A DNA stretch of 64,000 bases, taken from a virus. Taxonomy: Duplodnaviria; Caudoviricetes. A program made the position numbers and the translations under genes. This document shows positions 62,141 through 64,000 of this stretch, one piece after another (position 1 is the stretch's first letter; each line of letters opens with the position of its first letter). Where the stretch lies: the IMG/VR virus record IMGVR_UViG_3300035208_002115; one strand, 5' to 3'. A model generated the notes under the pieces. The model did no database searches. It saw only the letters and a list, made by a program, of their open reading frames with translations, and had not been told where the DNA came from.

Positions 62141-63622
62141 ATGCTTGTAGATTTCGAATATCGTTCTAATTCTCTAATAATATCATTTATTAACGATAAG
62201 GGTAATATTAAATTAAAATACATCCCTTGGAAAGACCCTAAGAAATTCGTTACCTGTTCCCACCAAGATAAAAATAAACATGAACAGTATATCACTTGGG
62301 ATGGCCGTAGTGTTAAAGAAATAGACACTAATTATCCAAATCGTTATTCTATCTATGAATATTTAGATAGCTTACCAGAAGATGAAAAGAAAACTATATT
62401 TGAATACCAAGAACCGAATATTTTCTTTGTTGATATTGAGAATGAAATTTTAGAAAAACGTCCAGCACCACATTTAGCTGAAGGTGCAATACAAACAATA
62501 TCTATTGTATTTAATAATCAAGTTCTGGTTATGGGTCTTCAGGATTTATCACAAACAGACCAAGACGGTATTAAAACCGATATCGAAAATTATTTTTCTA
62601 AATATAATCTTAAAATAGAATTCAAATATAAAAGATATACTTCTGAAAAACACATGATTTTCGATTTCTTTAAAATGACACAACAGATGTCGGTGATAAC
62701 TGGGTGGAATTTTGTTAATTATGACTGGGTATATTTAGTTAAAAGGGCGAGAAAATTATACATAAAACCCGAAATATCATCTTTTACTGGAAATTTAAGG
62801 TCTTCATATGAAGATGATAATTATGCAGAATTACCAGCTCATAGAATTATTGTAGATTACATGGAATTGTATGAAAAATGGGATACTGCTGTTAAAGTTA
62901 AAGAATCAAGTGCATTAGATTTTGTGGCCGAGAAGTTACTTAAAATGAAAAAAGTTAATTATGAAGGTAACTTAAAAATACTTTATCGTGATGACTTTAA
63001 AAAATTCGTTTTCTATAATGCGGTTGACTCCTTGTTGGTTCAAAAGATTCATGAAAAGATGAAATATATTGATGTGTTATATGGTATTTCAACGTTATCA
63101 AAAATTAAAGCGTTGGATGCCTTTTCAACATTAGCTGTTACCGAAGGTATTTTACGTTCAAAATTACGAGATAAAAAAAATATTATCTTATGTAAATTAA
63201 ATGACCCAGATGGATATATAGACCCAAATATAATTGAAACCACTTCTAAGATGGTGAAAGGTGGATGGGTAAAAAGCCCATTTAGAGGCATGAAAACGTG
63301 GACTTGTTGTTATGACTTCGCTTCACTTTACCCAACAACTATGCGCCAATTTAACATATCGGCTGATTCATATAAAGGCCAAATTGACAAAAGTGGTCAA
63401 TATTCATTATTTAATGGTCTTAAAATACCAATAGAAGATAATGATATTATAACTTTAAATGGTGCTGTATTCAAAAATGAAATTGGTGTTGTTAATGAAG
63501 TTATGGGTGATATTTATACTGAAAGAAAGAAACATAAAAAGCTTATGATGAAAGCTAATGAAGAAATGAATAAATTAAAACATGAATTAGAACAGCTTGA
63601 ACATGAAGTAAGTAATTTATAA
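62141..63622 (+). CDS. Family B DNA polymerase, N-terminal subunit only (split gene)
   Basis: ExoI DIENE, ExoII GWNFVNYD, ExoIII YNAVD, KGGWV, DFASLYP; ends in the fingers helix before KxxxNSxYG and DTD. Confidence 0.85.
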   Translation: MLVDFEYRSNSLIISFINDKGNIKLKYIPWKDPKKFVTCSHQDKNKHEQYITWDGRSVKEIDTNYPNRYSIYEYLDSLPEDEKKTIFEYQEPNIFFVDIENEILEKRPAPHLAEGAIQTISIVFNNQVLVMGLQDLSQTDQDGIKTDIENYFSKYNLKIEFKYKRYTSEKHMIFDFFKMTQQMSVITGWNFVNYDWVYLVKRARKLYIKPEISSFTGNLRSSYEDDNYAELPAHRIIVDYMELYEKWDTAVKVKESSALDFVAEKLLKMKKVNYEGNLKILYRDDFKKFVFYNAVDSLLVQKIHEKMKYIDVLYGISTLSKIKALDAFSTLAVTEGILRSKLRDKKNIILCKLNDPDGYIDPNIIETTSKMVKGGWVKSPFRGMKTWTCCYDFASLYPTTMRQFNISADSYKGQIDKSGQYSLFNGLKIPIEDNDIITLNGAVFKNEIGVVNEVMGDIYTERKKHKKLMMKANEEMNKLKHELEQLEHEVSNL

Positions 63623-63628
63623 TTAATT

Positions 63629-63907
63629 ATGTTTTTTAAAAATAAAAGAATAAAAAAGAATAAAATTCTTTCGACACCATTGATAAGTGTTATATCAAAT
63701 CTAAGTGTTATGAATCAGTCATTGAATAGTGGGAATACAAACACACCAATACGAACATCACAATCATATACACCCTCTTATATATCTGGTTCAACTATGA
63801 CTATTGAAGGTAATTGGGAAATGGAACGTGAAAGGAAAAGAATTGAAAGAAAAGGTAAGATAGAAGAATTATTCCCAGAATTAATATCTTTGTTAGATAA
63901 TGACTAA
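63629..63907 (+). CDS. Small protein with C-terminal tag
   Basis: ERKGKIEELF. Confidence 0.55.
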   Translation: MFFKNKRIKKNKILSTPLISVISNLSVMNQSLNSGNTNTPIRTSQSYTPSYISGSTMTIEGNWEMERERKRIERKGKIEELFPELISLLDND

Positions 63908-64000
63908 AAAAATAAAGAACTTGAAATTAACATCCAAGGTGGTTTCAGTTAAAACAAGATGTATTAATGCTACAATAACACCTGAAATTATAACTGATTT

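Noticed and set aside
1-64000. Alternative genetic code (TAG or TGA recoding)
   Set aside because: Long conserved genes are intact in code 11 and all three stop codons end genes at sensible boundaries
1-64000. tRNA, rRNA, cas1, cas2 or cas4 genes
   Set aside because: None recognised by eye; tRNAscan-SE and HMM searches are needed to exclude them

Overview
A 64-kb, very AT-rich (visually about 25% GC), gene-dense segment that looks like part of a large T4-like jumbo phage genome, read in the standard genetic code. The host is probably Bacteroidota: TAnnTTTG promoter elements sit before several early-type gene clusters, and the leaders are A-rich without Shine-Dalgarno sites. Recognisable genes include NAD-dependent DNA ligase, a RuvC-like resolvase, the N-terminal half of a split family-B DNA polymerase, peptide deformylase, NADAR, KptA/Tpt1, a MazG-NadD fusion, a vWA protein followed by an intein-containing PurA-like gene, GuaC, M42 and C39 peptidases, a DnaJ protein, PspC, a hybrid histidine kinase, homing endonucleases and a tape-measure-like protein. 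There are two CRISPR-type arrays with related 36-bp repeats and 29-30-bp spacers. Array 2 (35811-36109) lies beside a Cas12f-like nuclease with an intact catalytic triad and a candidate tracrRNA; no cas1, cas2 or cas4 is recognisable in the window. Array 1 (about 9375-9648) is the most unusual feature: its leader, first repeat and newest spacer are the coding 3' end of a small protein gene, so each spacer acquisition would rewrite that protein's C-terminus. Other patterns include a T4-like N-terminal capsid-targeting motif linked to a TAATATATA promoter, a recurrent C-terminal R-x-x-K-[LI]-x-x-[IL] tag on about 14 proteins, and a bipartite AAAC-N18-TATA promoter. All family calls are from motif recognition by eye; no database searches were run.
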